This document shows, piece by piece, positions 19,834 to 32,497 of a stretch of 64,000 bases of DNA. The stretch covers positions 1,056,001 through 1,120,000 of the forward strand of contig CAWBMV010000034.1 in NCBI GenBank assembly GCA_963789955.1. The letters are read 5' to 3'. Position 1 is the first letter of the stretch. The number at the start of each line of letters is the position of its first letter. The notes under the pieces were generated by a model. It saw nothing but the letters and a program-made list of their open reading frames with translations, was not told the origin of the DNA and made no database searches. Position numbers and translations under genes: made by a program. This DNA is from an uncultured Candidatus Rokubacteria bacterium. GTDB taxonomy: Bacteria; Methylomirabilota; Methylomirabilia; Rokubacteriales; CSP1-6.

Positions 19834-21171
19834 ATGATGACCACACGCCGGACACACCGCGTCCGAATGCAGGCGATCGCCCTTACTCTACTGGCATCGG
19901 CCGCCTGGTGGCCGATAGCGGCATCCGCCGAGGACGCGCCGCCGCCGCCGCTGGCGCCGGCGCTCGAGCGGCTCATTCCCCAGTCTCAATGAAGAGCGGA
20001 AGACGTGGACGCCGTTCTTCCGGGACGCCGATCTCACCTTGCATCTGCGGACCTACTACTTCAATCGGACCAAGCCCGACGATTCCGTCAACGAAGCCCT
20101 GGCTTTCGGAGGTTGGATCGGCGTCAAGTCCGGCTGGCTCTTCGACACGTTCGCGATGGGCGCGACCCTGTACGGCTCGGCGCCTCTGTACGCGCCCGAC
20201 GACAGGGACGGTACGACGCTCCTCAAGCCGGGACAGAAGGGCTACTACGTCCCGGGTGAGGCGTGGGGCGCGCTCCGATACAAGGACTACGCTCTGCTCA
20301 CCGGCTATCGACAGCTGGTCGACCAGGCGTACATCAACCCCCAGGACAACCGGATGACGCCCAACACCTTCGAGGGCGTGACCCTCGGAGGCAAATTCGA
20401 CTGGGTCAGATATCTCGTCGGGTATCTCTGGAAGATCAAGCCTCGCAACTCCGACGAGTTCATCAGCATGTCCGAGCAGGCCGGCGCGGCAAACTCGAAC
20501 GACGGCGCCGGCCTGGCCGGCGTCACCCTGACGCCATTGAAGGGGCTGAAGTTCAATCTGGCCAACCAGTACGGGGTCAACACCTTCAACACGATCTACG
20601 CGGACGCCGACTATCTGTACCCGCTGAGTGATGCCTGGAAACTCCGGCTCGGCGCCCAGCTCACGGACCAGCGCGCCGTGGGCGACGGGCTCGTGCCGGT
20701 CTCGAAACGGTACTGGGTGACGCAGCAAGGCGGCGGGCGCGTCCAGCTGATCTACCAGGATCTCACGCTCACGACGGCCTTCTCGATCACCGGCGCCGGC
20801 AACACCATCCAGAACCCCTGGGGCAGCTTTCCTGGATATCTCTCGTGATCGATCAGGACTTCGACCGCGCCAACGAGAAGGCCTGGTTGGTCGGCGCGGC
20901 TTACGATTTCTCGAAGGTCCTGACCGAGGGGCTGAGCGGGAACTTCAACTTCGTCTGGGGCACCGACGCCATCAACCCGACGACGCGGCAGAAAGCCCCG
21001 AATCAAGGCGAGTACGACTTCACCGTCGACTACCGGCCACCGTGGATCACGCCCACGCCCTTGCGCGGGCTCTGGTTCCGCGCGCGAGCCGCGGTTCTCG
21101 ATCAGCAGAACGCCGCCACGACGGGCTATCAGTTCCGAATCATCATCAACTGGGAGCGGGATCTGTTCTGA
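19834..21171 (+). CDS. OprD-family outer-membrane porin (frameshifts near 19990 and 20845)
   Basis: AAGGAGG RBS, LHLRTYYFNR, QDNRMTPNTFEG, DFDRANEKAW, QFRIIINW. Confidence 0.82.
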
Positions 21172-21199
21172 TCCCGGTCCGTTAGAAGGAGATTTTCGA

Positions 21200-23948
21200 A
21201 TGAGCACGACATCGGGCGATCGGGCCCTCAGCCTGAATCAGTTCTTCGCCGCTTCGGAAGCACGCGTGGACCGCTGGCGCACGCTGAACCGCGTCGCGAG
21301 AGCGCTCACGGCGACAGGCCCGGGTTCGGCGGGTACCTTGCGTCTGGACCCCAAGGAGCTGCTCGCCGAGCTCGCGCCGCTGGAGGGGTTCTGCGCGTAT
21401 CCCGGACCCGGGTTGATGGGCCAGGTACACGAGCGCCTGCAGACCGGGGACCGCACCGGCTTCGCGCGTCTGGTCCAGCGGATCAGCAACGCGCTACTCA
21501 GCAACAGCTATCGAGACGACGTGGAGCCCTGGAAGGCCGAGGAGGAGAGCGATGGCCGCGTGCCCGACGTCCTGCCGCCGTCAATGGGCCGCGGCCAGGC
21601 GCGACGGCCGTACTTCGAGGTCCTGTACGTGTCGCCCGCCGACCGCGTCATGTGGCCCGATATCCGCGAGACCTTCCGCCGGCTCCGGCGCGTCGAGGAC
21701 GAGTTCGTCTACGAGCCCGTCGTCGTCGGCAGCTTCGAGGACGCGGTCCTCGCCGTCGTCTTCAATCCTAATTTCCAAGCGGTCGTGATCAGCGACGGCT
21801 TCGGCTACGCGTCGCAGTACACGCTGCCGGCGCTGCGCGAGATCCTCACGCGCCAGGTCCAGCTCGCCGACGGCGCGCGCGAGCGGGGATCTCGGGACCC
21901 TCCTGGCCACGCTGGTGCGCCGGTGGCGGCCGGAGCTCGATGTGTATCTCACGACCGACCGCGACGTCGCCCAGCTGGCCGGCTCCGACGAGGCCGCGCC
22001 GATCAGGCGGATCTTCTACGGCGTCGAGGAGCCGATGGAGATTCACCTGGCGATCCTCGACGGCGTGAAGGATCGATACGAGACGCCGTACTTCGACAAT
22101 CTCAAGCGCTACGCCCAGCGTCCGATCGGCACGTTCCACGCGCTGCCGGTGGCCCGCGGGAAGTCGATCTTCAAGTCGAACTGGATCCGCGACATGGGCG
22201 AGTTCTACGGCGCCAACTTGTTCCTCGCCGAGTCGTCGGCGACGACCGGCGGCCTCGACAGCCTTCTGGAGCCGACCGGCAACATCAAGGTCGCGCAGGA
22301 CAAGGCGGCCCGCGCCTTCGGCGGCGACCGCAGCTTCTTCGTCACCAACGGCACGTCGACGTCGAACAAGATCGTGCACCAGGCGCTCCTGCGGCCGGGC
22401 GACATCGTCCTGATCGACCGCGACTGCCACAAGTCGCACCACTACGGGCTCGTGCTGGCCGGGGCCCAGCCTCTCTACATCGACGCCTTTCCGCTCACCC
22501 AGTACTCGATGTACGGGAGTCTCGCGATCAAGCCGCTCAAGAAGGCGCTCTTGCAGCTGAAGGCCGAGGGCAAGCTGGATCGCGCGAAGCTGGTGGTGCT
22601 GACCAACTGCACCTTCGATGGTCACGTGGCCAACGTCAAGCGAACCATGCTCGAGTGCCTCGCGATCAAGCCGGATCTCATCTTCCTCTGGGACGAGGCG
22701 TGGTTCGGGTTCGCGCGCTTCTCACCGTTCTTGCGGCGGCGCACGGCAATGGGCGCGGCCGCGGCCATCCGCGAGCTGGTGCGCGACCCGGAGTACCGCA
22801 AGCGCTACGAAGCGTTCAAGAGCAGCGTCGGCAAGATGGACCCGAGCGATCCCAAGCTCCTGGACATGGAGCTGCTGCCCGACCCCGACCAGGTTCGGGT
22901 GCGGGTCTACGAGACCGACTCCGTGCACAAGTCGATGTCGGCGCTCCGCCAGGGCTCGATCATCGTCGTCGCCGACCAGGACTTCCACACCGTCGAGGCC
23001 TCGTTCAAGGAGGCGTTCTTCACCCACACCTCGACGTCGCCGAACCTCCAGCTCATCGCGTCGCTCGACGTGGCGCGCCGGCAGATGGAGCTCGAAGGCT
23101 ACGAGCTGGTCGGACGGGCGACCCAGCTCGCGATCGAAGCCCGGCGCCAGATCAACGGACATCCGTTGATCTCGAAGTACTTCCGGGTGGCCACGCCGGC
23201 CGAGATGATCCCCGCCGAGTACCGGAAGTCGGGCTTCACCGACTGGGGCGCGCCGGGGTGGACGATGACCGACACGATCGCCGCGCTGGACAACGACGAG
23301 TTCTATCTCGACCCCACGCGCATCACGTTGCTCTGCGGCGGCGCCGGCTACGACGGCACGCAATTCAAGGGCTTGCTCGCCAGCGAGCACGACATCCAGA
23401 TCAACAAGACCTCGCGCAACAGCGTGCTGGTCCAGATCAACATCAACAACACCCGCAGCGACCTGGCGCACCTCATCAAGGCCCTGGCCGACATGGCCCG
23501 CGCGATCGACACGCGGCTCGCCCAGGGTGGCGACGAGGAGAAGGCGGCGTTCAAGGCCCGGGTGAAGTCGCTGGTCGAGGACGTGCCCGACCTGCCGGAC
23601 TTCCAGCGCTTCCACGACGCGTTCCGCGACGACCCGAAGAGCGCCACGCAGGAAGGCCACATGCGCGAGGCGTATTACATGGCCTACGACGCCGCGAACT
23701 GCGAGTACGTCAAGCTCGACAGCAAGGCGATCGACGAGCGGCTGGCCAAGGGCCCGGAGCTGGTCTCGGCGAAGTTCGTGATCCCGTACCCGCCGGGCTT
23801 TCCGATCATGGTGCCGGGCCAGGTCGTCACGAAGGAGATCATCACGTTCATGCGCAAGCTCGACGTGAAGGAGATCCACGGCTACGACGCGCGAAAGGGT
23901 CTCGAGCTGCTGAAACCCGACGCGCTGACCAAGCACAAGAGCAGGTAG
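21200..23948 (+). CDS. Large PLP-dependent Orn/Lys/Arg decarboxylase (fold type I) with extended N-terminal region; frameshift near 21880-21900
   Basis: FFVTNGTSTSNKIV, DRDCHKSHHY, TNCTFDG, WDEAWF, PLP Lys in DSVHKS, HTSTSP, PYPPGFP. Confidence 0.92.
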
Positions 23949-23957
23949 GGGGGCGAC

Positions 23958-25650
23958 ATGTTTGAATGGTTCTTTGCGACCTTGCGCCAGTACCCGGAGA
24001 TCGCGATCTTCCTCGCGCTCGGCCTCGGGTACTACTTCGGCGGCTTCACCTTCAAGGGCATCGGTCTGGGCTCGGTCACCGCGACCCTACTGGCCGCCGT
24101 CATCATCGGGCAGATCGGGATCACGATTTCCACGCCGCTCAAGGCGACGGTCTTCCTGATGTTCCTGTTCGCGGTCGGCTACGGCGTCGGCCCGCAGTTC
24201 GTCCGCGGCGTGGCCAAGGACGGTTTACCGCAGGCGATCTTCTCGGTGGTCCAGTGCGTGTTCTGCCTGGCGGTTCCCGTCGCGATCGCCAAGTTCGTCG
24301 GCTACGACCTCGGCTACGCCGCGGGGCTCTTCGCGGGATCACAGACCATCTCCGCCTCGATGGGTCTTGCCACCGACGCGATCAACCGGCTGGGGCTGCC
24401 TGCCGAGCAGGCGAAGAGCTACCTCGATTCGATGCCGATCGCGTATGCGGTGAGCTACATCTTCGGCACCGTCGGGTCGGCGATCGTGATCGCGCTGGTC
24501 GGGCCGCCGCTCCTCCGGATCAATCTCGTCAAGGCGTGCAAGGAATATGAGGAGAAGTACGGCGGCACGAAGGAAATGGGTGGCGCGGGCTCGGCGTGGC
24601 ACCGCTGGGTGGTGCGTGCGTTCCGCGTGCAGCCGGGCGGGAAGGCCGTCGGCCTTCGAGCGGCGGAAGCCGAGGCCATGATCCCCGACGCGCGCGTCTT
24701 CGTGCTACGAGTGCGACGCAACGGGGTGATCGAGGAGGCGAGCGCCGATACCGTGCTTCGTGAGGGCGACGTCCTGGCCGTGGCGGGCGCCCGCGACGTG
24801 CTCGTGAGGCTCGTCGGCGAAGGCGCCAAGGAGGTCGACGACCCCGAACTGCTGAACGTCCCGGTCGAGGGCGTCGACGTCTTCGTGACCAACAAGGCGG
24901 TCGATGGCAAGACGCTCGCCGAGCTGGCCCAGCGGCCCAGCGCCCGCGGCGTCTTTCTGCGGAAGATCACCCGCGGCGCGACCGCGACCGACATTCCGGT
25001 GCTGCCGAACACGACGATCCAGCGGGGCGACATCCTCACCCTCGTGGGCCGCACGCAGGACACGACGGCGCGCCGCCAAGGACCTGGGTGTTCTCGATCG
25101 GCCGACCGACGTCGCCGACGTCGCGTTCATCGGCGGCGCGATCACGATCGGCGCGCTGGTCGGCGCGCTGGTCTGGAAGGTGGCGGGGATCCCTCTGACC
25201 TTGTCGACAGCCGGCGGCGCGTTGATCTCGGGGATCGTGTTCGGCTGGCTGCGCTCGACCCGGCCGACCTTCGGGCGTATCCCGTCCTCGACGGTCTGGT
25301 TCATGAACTCGGTGGGCCTGAACATCTTCATCGCGGTGGTCGGCATCTCGGCCGGGCCGGGCTTCGTCAACGGCCTCAAGACGCAAGGTATCGGCCTGTT
25401 CCTGTGGGGCGCCGTGGCGACGACGGTCCCCATCATTCTCGGCATGTTCGTCGGCAAGTTCATCTTCCGCTTTCACGACGCGCTCCTGTTCGGCATCATT
25501 TCCGGGGCGCGCACGACCACGGCGTCGCTCGGCCTGGTCTGCGACGCCGGCCGCAGCCAGGTGCCGGCGCTCGGCTATACCGTCACCTACGCCGTCGGCA
25601 ACACGCTGCTCACGGTCTGGGGCATGATCGTCATCATGCTGCTGTCATGA
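23958..25650 (+). CDS. aspT: AAE-family exchanger (AspT-like) with two TrkA-C domains, copy 1; frameshift near 25070
   Basis: [43 protein letters not shown]. Confidence 0.9.
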
Positions 25651-25879
25651 TGCAGCGCGCTCGCGAGGAGACTTGAGCCGACCGCGCCTGCTCGATATTT
25701 TTGTTTCGGTCGGGGGGCTCGCCGAGTGACGGCGGGCCCGCTCGGCAGAAGCTCGACCGTGAGCCGGGCTCCGGAATCTTCGACGGCTACCCGTTCGTTG
25801 ACCTGCCTTCGGTGCTACGCGTCGGTGTCTGGCGCCTAAAAATAGAATCCGAGACAACTAACACAGGGAGACGACCGTA

Positions 25880-27497
25880 ATGAGCGACATCATGACCCTT
25901 CGAAAGTTCGAGACCCTGAGTCCGTTCGAGATCAAGGACGAGCTCATCAAGCTGGCGAAGAAGACCTCGCGCACCACGCAGTCGGCGTTTCTCAACGCGG
26001 GCCGCGGCAATCCCAACTGGATCGCCACGACGCCGCGCGAGGGCTTCTTCCTGCTCGGCCAGTTCGCGATCACCGAGAGCAAGCGGGTGATGGAGCACCC
26101 GGCCGGCCTCGGCGGTATGCCCGCGGCGCCGGGCATCGCCAACCGGCTGGCGGCGTACCTCTCCAAGAACAAGGAGATGCCGGGCGCTGAGTTCCTGGCC
26201 GCGATGGTGCCGTTCGCGCGTGAAGCTGTTCGGGTTCGAGCCCGACGCCTTCGTGCACGAGCTGGTCGACTCGATCATCGGCGACAACTATCCCGTGCCC
26301 GACCGCATGCTCGTGCACAACGAGCGGATCACCCACGAGTACCTGATGTGGGCGATGTGCGGCAGCCCGCACCCGAAGGGCAAGTTCGATCTCTACGCGG
26401 TCGAGGGCGGCACCGCGGCGATGTGCTACCTCTTCAAGTCGCTGAAGGCCAATCGGCTGCTCAAGCAAGGCGACACCATCGCGCTCGCCACGCCGATCTT
26501 CACGCCCTACATCGAGATGACCCACCTGGAAGACTACGCGCTCAACGTGGTCAATATCGAGGCGAAGCGCGAGGACCTGTTCCAGTTCACGGATGCCGAG
26601 CTCAAGAAGCTCGAGAATCCGGCGGTCAAGGCGTTCTTCGTCGTGAACCCGGGCAATCCGACGGGCGTGGCGCTCAGCAAGGAGACGATCGGCAAGATCG
26701 CCAATCTGGTCAAGACCAAGCGCCCCGACCTGATGCTGCTGACCGACGACGTGTACGGGACGTTCGTCCACGGCTTCCGGTCCCTGCTCGGCGAGCTGCC
26801 GCACAACACGATCGGCGTCTACTCGTACTCGAAGTACTTCGGCTGCACCGGCTGGCGGCTCGGCGTGATCGCGGTCCACGAGGACAACCTCTACGACAAG
26901 ATGATCGCCAAGCTTCCGGACGGAGAGCTGAAGGCGCTCGACAAGCGCTACTTACCGATAACCCTCGAGCCGCGCAAGCTGAAGTTCATCGACCGCATCG
27001 TGGCCGACAGCCGCGACGTCGCCCTCAACCACACCGCCGGGCTCTCGCTGCCGCAGCAGGTCATGATGAGCCTGTTCTCCCTCTGCCGAGCTGATGGACG
27101 CGGCCAAGGCGTACCAGGCCGCCTGCATGGAGATCGTCCACCGGCGCGCGAAGGCCATGATCGAGGGGCTCGGCATCGACGCGCCGACGAGCGACCCCTC
27201 TACGACGCCTACTACGGCCTGATCGACTTCGAGTTCTGGGCGAAAAAGAACCTCGGCGAGGAGGCGGTCCAGTACCTGAAGAAGAACATCCATCCGCTCG
27301 ATCTGGCCTTCCGCCTGGCCGAGCAGCACGGCATCGTGCTGCTGAACGGCGGCGGCTTCGACGCGCCCGACTGGTCGTTACGGGTCTCGCTCGCCAATCT
27401 GGCCGACGACGTGTACGACGACATCGGACGCGGCGTCCGCTCGATCGCGCGCGGCTACCGGGACGCGTACGAGGCCTCGAAGAAGGCGCCGAAGTAG
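25880..27497 (+). CDS. aspD: Aspartate 4-(beta)-decarboxylase / aspartate aminotransferase, frameshifted
   Basis: LSPFEIKDELI, LNAGRGNPNWIATTPR, VEGGTAAMCY, VNPGNP, PLP Lys in YSYSKYFG. Confidence 0.93.
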
Positions 27498-27516
27498 GGG
27501 GCGCTGCGCTCGTCAT

Positions 27517-28092
27517 ATGCGTCATCGCCGACCACGGCCGTCCGTTCGCGGCGCCACACCGGCCGCGCCGCGGCCGTGGCTCGGCGTGGCGCTCATCATA
27601 TTGCTCGCGGCCGGGTGCTCCGGGCAGGCCAACGATGCCCGGAGCGCGCCGGCCCCCGGTGAAACGCGCACGTTCGAAGGCACGTGGTCGGCATCGGGAT
27701 CTCGCCGCACGCTCGATCTGGAGCCCGGCCACAAGGCCTCGATCTTCAGCTTGACCGGGTCTCTGCTGTTGACCGGGGAGCGCGGCCTCGGCGTCGGTTT
27801 CCAGGGCGACGTCATCGGGTTCTCCGACAATCTGGCCGGCGGCACGGGTCAGAGCGTGTGGACCGACGAGCGCGGCGACAAGGTCTTCAGCCGCCTGCGC
27901 GGCGAATCGCTCGGCACCGGCAGCCACGTCGTCGGCACGATCACCGGAGGCACCGGACGCTGGGCCGGATTGACGGGGGAGTACGAGCTCCGGTGGCAGT
28001 ACGTGATCGAGGGTGACGACGGCACGATCAGCGGACGCGCGGTCGGGCTCAAAGGTCGCGTGACCCTGCCTGGGGGAGGTCCCCGCCAGTGA
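27517..28092 (+). CDS. Hypothetical lipoprotein, possibly dirigent/allene-oxide-cyclase-like beta-barrel
   Basis: Lipobox LAAGC; Gly-rich [13 protein letters not shown] motif. Confidence 0.65.
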   Translation: MRHRRPRPSVRGATPAAPRPWLGVALIILLAAGCSGQANDARSAPAPGETRTFEGTWSASGSRRTLDLEPGHKASIFSLTGSLLLTGERGLGVGFQGDVIGFSDNLAGGTGQSVWTDERGDKVFSRLRGESLGTGSHVVGTITGGTGRWAGLTGEYELRWQYVIEGDDGTISGRAVGLKGRVTLPGGGPRQ

Positions 28093-29528
28093 GCGCCTCC
28101 GTCGCGACCACGGCCGTCGGTGCGGCGTTCCCGCGTCGCGCGCTGCTGGTCGCATCGCGACATTCGCCCTCGCGCTCGGCCTCTGGGTCGTTCCGATCCC
28201 GGAGGGGCTGACCGCTCAGGCGTGGCACCTCTTCGCGATCTTCGCCGCGGCCATTTTCTCCGTCATCGTGGCGGCCTTTCCACTGCTGACGTCCGCGATG
28301 CTGGCGGCCGGCGCCGCGGTGCTCACCGGGACGATCGCGCCCGCCAAGGCGTTCGCCGGCTTCGCCAACGGCAGCGTGCTCCTCGTGGTGGTGGCGTTTC
28401 TCGTCGCCAGCAGCGTCGTGAAGTCCGGACTCGGACGCCGCATCAGCTTCCTGGTGGTGAGCGCGTTCGGGCGTTCGACGCTCGGGCTGGCCTACAGCAT
28501 CTTTCTCACCGACGCGGCGATCGCGCCGGCCTTCCCGAGCAACACCGCCCGGAGCGGTGTGCTCTTTCCGATCGTCCTCTCGCTCGCCCAGGGCGCGGGC
28601 TCGAAGCCGGACGACGAGAAGACGCGGCGGGTCGGCGGCTATCTCATGTTCTGCGGCATGGCGAGCCTCGCCGTCTCCTCGGCGCTCTGGATGACGGCCA
28701 CGTCGGTGAACCCGATCGGCGTCGAGATCGCGCGCCAGTTCGGCCTGAAGATCAGCTTCGGCTCGTGGCTTCTCGCCGCGTCCGTTCCGGCGCTCGCGGC
28801 CGTCCTCCTTCTGCCCCTGGTGCTGTACTGGCTGTTCCCGCCGGGCGTGCGCGGAACTCCCGACGCGCCGGCGGCCGCCCGCGCCGCCCTGCGTTCGATG
28901 GGGCCGTTGAGCCGAGACGAGAAGGTGGTGGCCGTGGCGTTCGTGCTGATGGTCACCGGATGGGTCTCGGCGGGCGCGCTGAAGCTCGATCTCACCGCGG
29001 TCGCCTTCGCCGGTCTGGGCACCCTGCTGGCCACCAGCGTGCTCACGCTCGATGACATCAAGAAAGAGGGCGGAACGCTCGAGACCTATCTCTGGCTCGC
29101 CGTGCTCTTCGCGATGAGCGGCCAGCTGAACGAGCTCGGCTTCATGAGCTATGTCGGGCGGACGACTGTCGGCCGCGCTGGCGGGCGTCTCGTGGCCCGC
29201 CGCCTACGTCGCCCTGCTCGTGCTGTACGTGCTGATGCACTATCTGTTCGTCAGTCAGTCCTCGCAAGTCCTGGCTCTGTTCGGCGTGTTCGTGGACGTC
29301 GGGGTGCGGGCCGGGGTATCAGCGCCGCTGATGGCCTTCGCGTTGCTGTTCGCCAGCAGCTACTTCTCGACGATCACGCCGCAAGGCGGCAGCCAGAACG
29401 TGATCTTCGTGGGCAGTGGCTACATGACGCAAGGCGAGCTGTACAAGCTCGGGGCGCTCACCACCCTCTTCTGCCTGCTCGTCTTCTTGCTGGTGGGCAC
29501 GCCGTGGCTTCTCCTCGTCGTCCGCTGA
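28089..29528 (+). CDS. DASS-family (CitT-like) anion symporter/exchanger, frameshifted
   Basis: [26 protein letters not shown] (SNT motif), HYLFVSQ. Confidence 0.88.
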
Positions 29529-29538
29529 GGAGCGCGCG

Positions 29539-31224
29539 ATGGAATATTTGCGTCACGGCCCTGCGAGAGCATCAAGAGCTGACGATCTTCCTGACCCTGG
29601 CGGTCGGCTTCTTCATCGGCCAGCTCCGGATCGGCACGTTCAGTCTCGGCACCGTCGTGGGAACCTTGCTGGCGGGCGTGCTCATCGGGCAGCTCGACAT
29701 CAAGGTGCCCGGTGATCGTGAAGAACGTCTTCTTCGATCTGTTCCTGTTCACCATCGGGTACAAGGTCGGGCCTCAGTTCTTCCGCGGCCTCAAGAAAGA
29801 CGCGATGCCGCAGCTGGCGGTCACCGTGGTCCTGTGCGTCACGTGCCTGGTCAGCGCTTTCACCGCATCGAAGCTCCTCGGGTACGACATGGGAACCGCG
29901 GCCGGGCTCCTGGCCGGAGCCTTCACGGAGTCGACGGTCATCGGCACCGCCGGTGACGCGATCAACCGGCTCGCGCTGCCGGCGGACGGAGAAGACCGCG
30001 CTGGTGAACAACATCCCGGTCGCGTACGCCGTGACGTACCTGGTCGGAACCGCGTTCATCGTGTGGTTCCTGCCGAACATCGGACCCCGACTGATGGGCA
30101 TCGATCTGAAGGAAGAAAGCCGGAAGCTGCAGGCCCAGGTGGTTGGCGGCAGCGAGGCGGAGCCGGGCGTCGTATCTGCCCTCCAGAGGTTTGCGGTTCG
30201 TGCGTACCGTGTGACGAACGATCGATTACTGAACCGAACCGTCGCCTCGCTCGAGGCGCTGCCGGTGGGCCAGCGTGTCTTCATCTCGAGGATCCGTCGC
30301 GGCGGCGCGATCATCGAGCCCGAGCGGGACACGATCATCCGTCCGGGCGACGTTCTGGCGGTGATGACTCGCTCCGAGCTCTTGATGGCGCGTGGTGTCG
30401 AGATCGGCCCCGAAGTGAACGATACCGAGCTGCTCGACTTTCCGGTCGAGGTCCTCGACGTGGTCGTCACGAGCCGGGCGATAGCCGGCAAGACAATGAA
30501 GGAGCTCGCCGCCCTCGAGTCCGCGCACGGGGTCTTCTTGCGCAAGCTCGAGCGGCTCGGGCAGCCGATGCCGTTCACTCTCGAGACCAGGATCGATCGG
30601 GGCGACGTCCTGAGCCTGATCGGGGCCAAGCCCGACGTCGAGCGCGCGGCGAAGGACCTCGGCTACCCGGATCGGCCGACGGTCGCCACCGACATGATCT
30701 TCGTCGGCCTCGGGATTTTCATCGGTGGACTGGTCGGGCTGCTGACGGTCGTGGTCGGCGGACTGCCGCTCACGCTCACGGCGAGTGGCGGCGCGCTCAT
30801 CATGGGCCTCGTGTTCGGCTGGCTTCGCGCCGTGCGGCCGACGTTCGGGCGTATCCCCGAAGCCGCCATGTGGGTATTCGAGACGGTCGGGCTCACCGTC
30901 TTCATCGGCGTGGTCGGTCTCAGCGCGGGCCCGAGCTTCGTCACGGGGTTACAGAAGTCGGGCGTGAGCTTGATCCTCGTGGGTCTGGTCGTGGCCGTGC
31001 TGCCCCACACCGTCGCGATTCTCTTCGGCCGGTTCGTCCTGAGGATGAATCCCGTGATCCTCCTCGGGGCCTGCTGTGGAGCGGGCACCATCACGGCGGG
31101 CCTACGCGCCGTGCAAGAGAAGGCGGAGAGCACGCTTCCCGCGCTCGGCTATACCGTCCCGTATGCGCTCGGCAACATCGTGCTGACCGCGTGGGGGCCG
31201 GTCATCGTGGCATTGATGCGATAG
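29539..31224 (+). CDS. aspT: AAE-family aspartate:alanine exchanger, copy 2; frameshifted
   Basis: [47 protein letters not shown]. Confidence 0.9.
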
Positions 31225-31235
31225 AGCGATCATCG

Positions 31236-32465
31236 ATGGAGGTCAGCGGGCGAGTGGAGGAGCGATGGAGCGCTGATCCCAGCACGCGGTCGGCGATCCA
31301 GCGCTTCTTGAGCTGGGAAGCGGCGGGCGGTCTCACCCTGGTCGCCGCCGCCGTGGCGGCGATCGTCTGGGCGAATTCCCCACTCGCGGAGCTCTACGAG
31401 GCCGTTCTCAGAACCCCGGCGGCGGTGCAGCTTGGAGGCTTCCAGATCGCCAAGCCGCTGCTGCTGTGGATCAACGACGGACTCATGGCGATCTTCTTCT
31501 TGCTCGTAGGTCTCGAGATCAAGCGCGAGCTCCTGGAGGGGGAGCTCGCCCGGCCGGGTGCGGTCGCCCTGCCGGGCATCGCCGCTGCGTCCGCGATGGC
31601 CTTGCCGGCCGCCATCTACCTGGCATTCAATCGCATGGGCCCCCATGCGATGGGCTGGGCCATCCCGACGGCGACCGACATCGCCTTCGCCCTCGGTGTG
31701 CTCGCGCTGCTGGGGACGCGCGCGCCGAATTCCCTGAAGGTGTTCCTGTTGGCTCTTGCCATCATCGACGACCTCGGGGCCATCGTCATCATCGCGCTGT
31801 TCTACACGACAGACCTCTCGACCGAATCGCTGGTGCTGTCTGGTGCCGCCATCGTGCTGTTGATCGTGCTCAACCTTGCCGGTTGCGCCCGTGTGGCCGC
31901 CTACGTCCTGGTCGGCGTCTTCTTGTGGATCTGCGTCCTCAAGTCCGGCGTGCACGCCACCCTGGCCGGTGTCGCGTTGGGGTTCGCGGTTCCTCTCCGC
32001 GGCGTCGACAAAGGACAGCAAGCACCGCTGCATCGTCTCGAGCACAGCCTGCATCCCTGGGTGGCGTTCGGGATCCTTCCGATCTTCGCGCTCGCCAACT
32101 CCGGTGTCTCGCTGACCGGCATGTCGCCGACGAGCCTGCTGTTGCCGCTGCCCCTCGGGATAGCGCTCGGGCTCTTTGCGGGCAAGCAGCTCGGGGCCTT
32201 CGCGGCGACCTGGCTCAGTGTTCGACTCGGCCTCAGCGCGCTTCCGGAGGGCGCGAGCTGGCTGCAGATGTATGGCGTGTGCGTGCTCACTGGGGTCGGG
32301 TTCACCATGAGCCTCTTCATCGGAACGCTCGCGTTCGTGGACGAGGGGCAGGTCTCCGCGGTTCGCCTGGGCGTCCTCGCTGGATCCCTGTTATCGGCCG
32401 TTCTCGGCTACGTGGTACTGTACGTCGCCGACGCGCGCAGTCCGAAGACGTCACGAGAGACCTGA
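31236..32465 (+). CDS. nhaA: Na+/H+ antiporter NhaA
   Basis: WINDGLMAIFF, GWAIPTATDIAF, LAIIDDLGA, KSGVHAT, GKQLG, GFTMSLFI. Confidence 0.95.
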   Translation: MEVSGRVEERWSADPSTRSAIQRFLSWEAAGGLTLVAAAVAAIVWANSPLAELYEAVLRTPAAVQLGGFQIAKPLLLWINDGLMAIFFLLVGLEIKRELLEGELARPGAVALPGIAAASAMALPAAIYLAFNRMGPHAMGWAIPTATDIAFALGVLALLGTRAPNSLKVFLLALAIIDDLGAIVIIALFYTTDLSTESLVLSGAAIVLLIVLNLAGCARVAAYVLVGVFLWICVLKSGVHATLAGVALGFAVPLRGVDKGQQAPLHRLEHSLHPWVAFGILPIFALANSGVSLTGMSPTSLLLPLPLGIALGLFAGKQLGAFAATWLSVRLGLSALPEGASWLQMYGVCVLTGVGFTMSLFIGTLAFVDEGQVSAVRLGVLAGSLLSAVLGYVVLYVADARSPKTSRET

Positions 32466-32497
32466 TGTCCGAGTACAGAAAAGATAGGGGAAGAGAG

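Noticed and set aside
29712..32465. Apparent AspT-NhaA fusion (917 aa ORF)
   Set aside because: The middle is out-of-frame aspT sequence; aspT stops at 31224 and nhaA starts at 31236.
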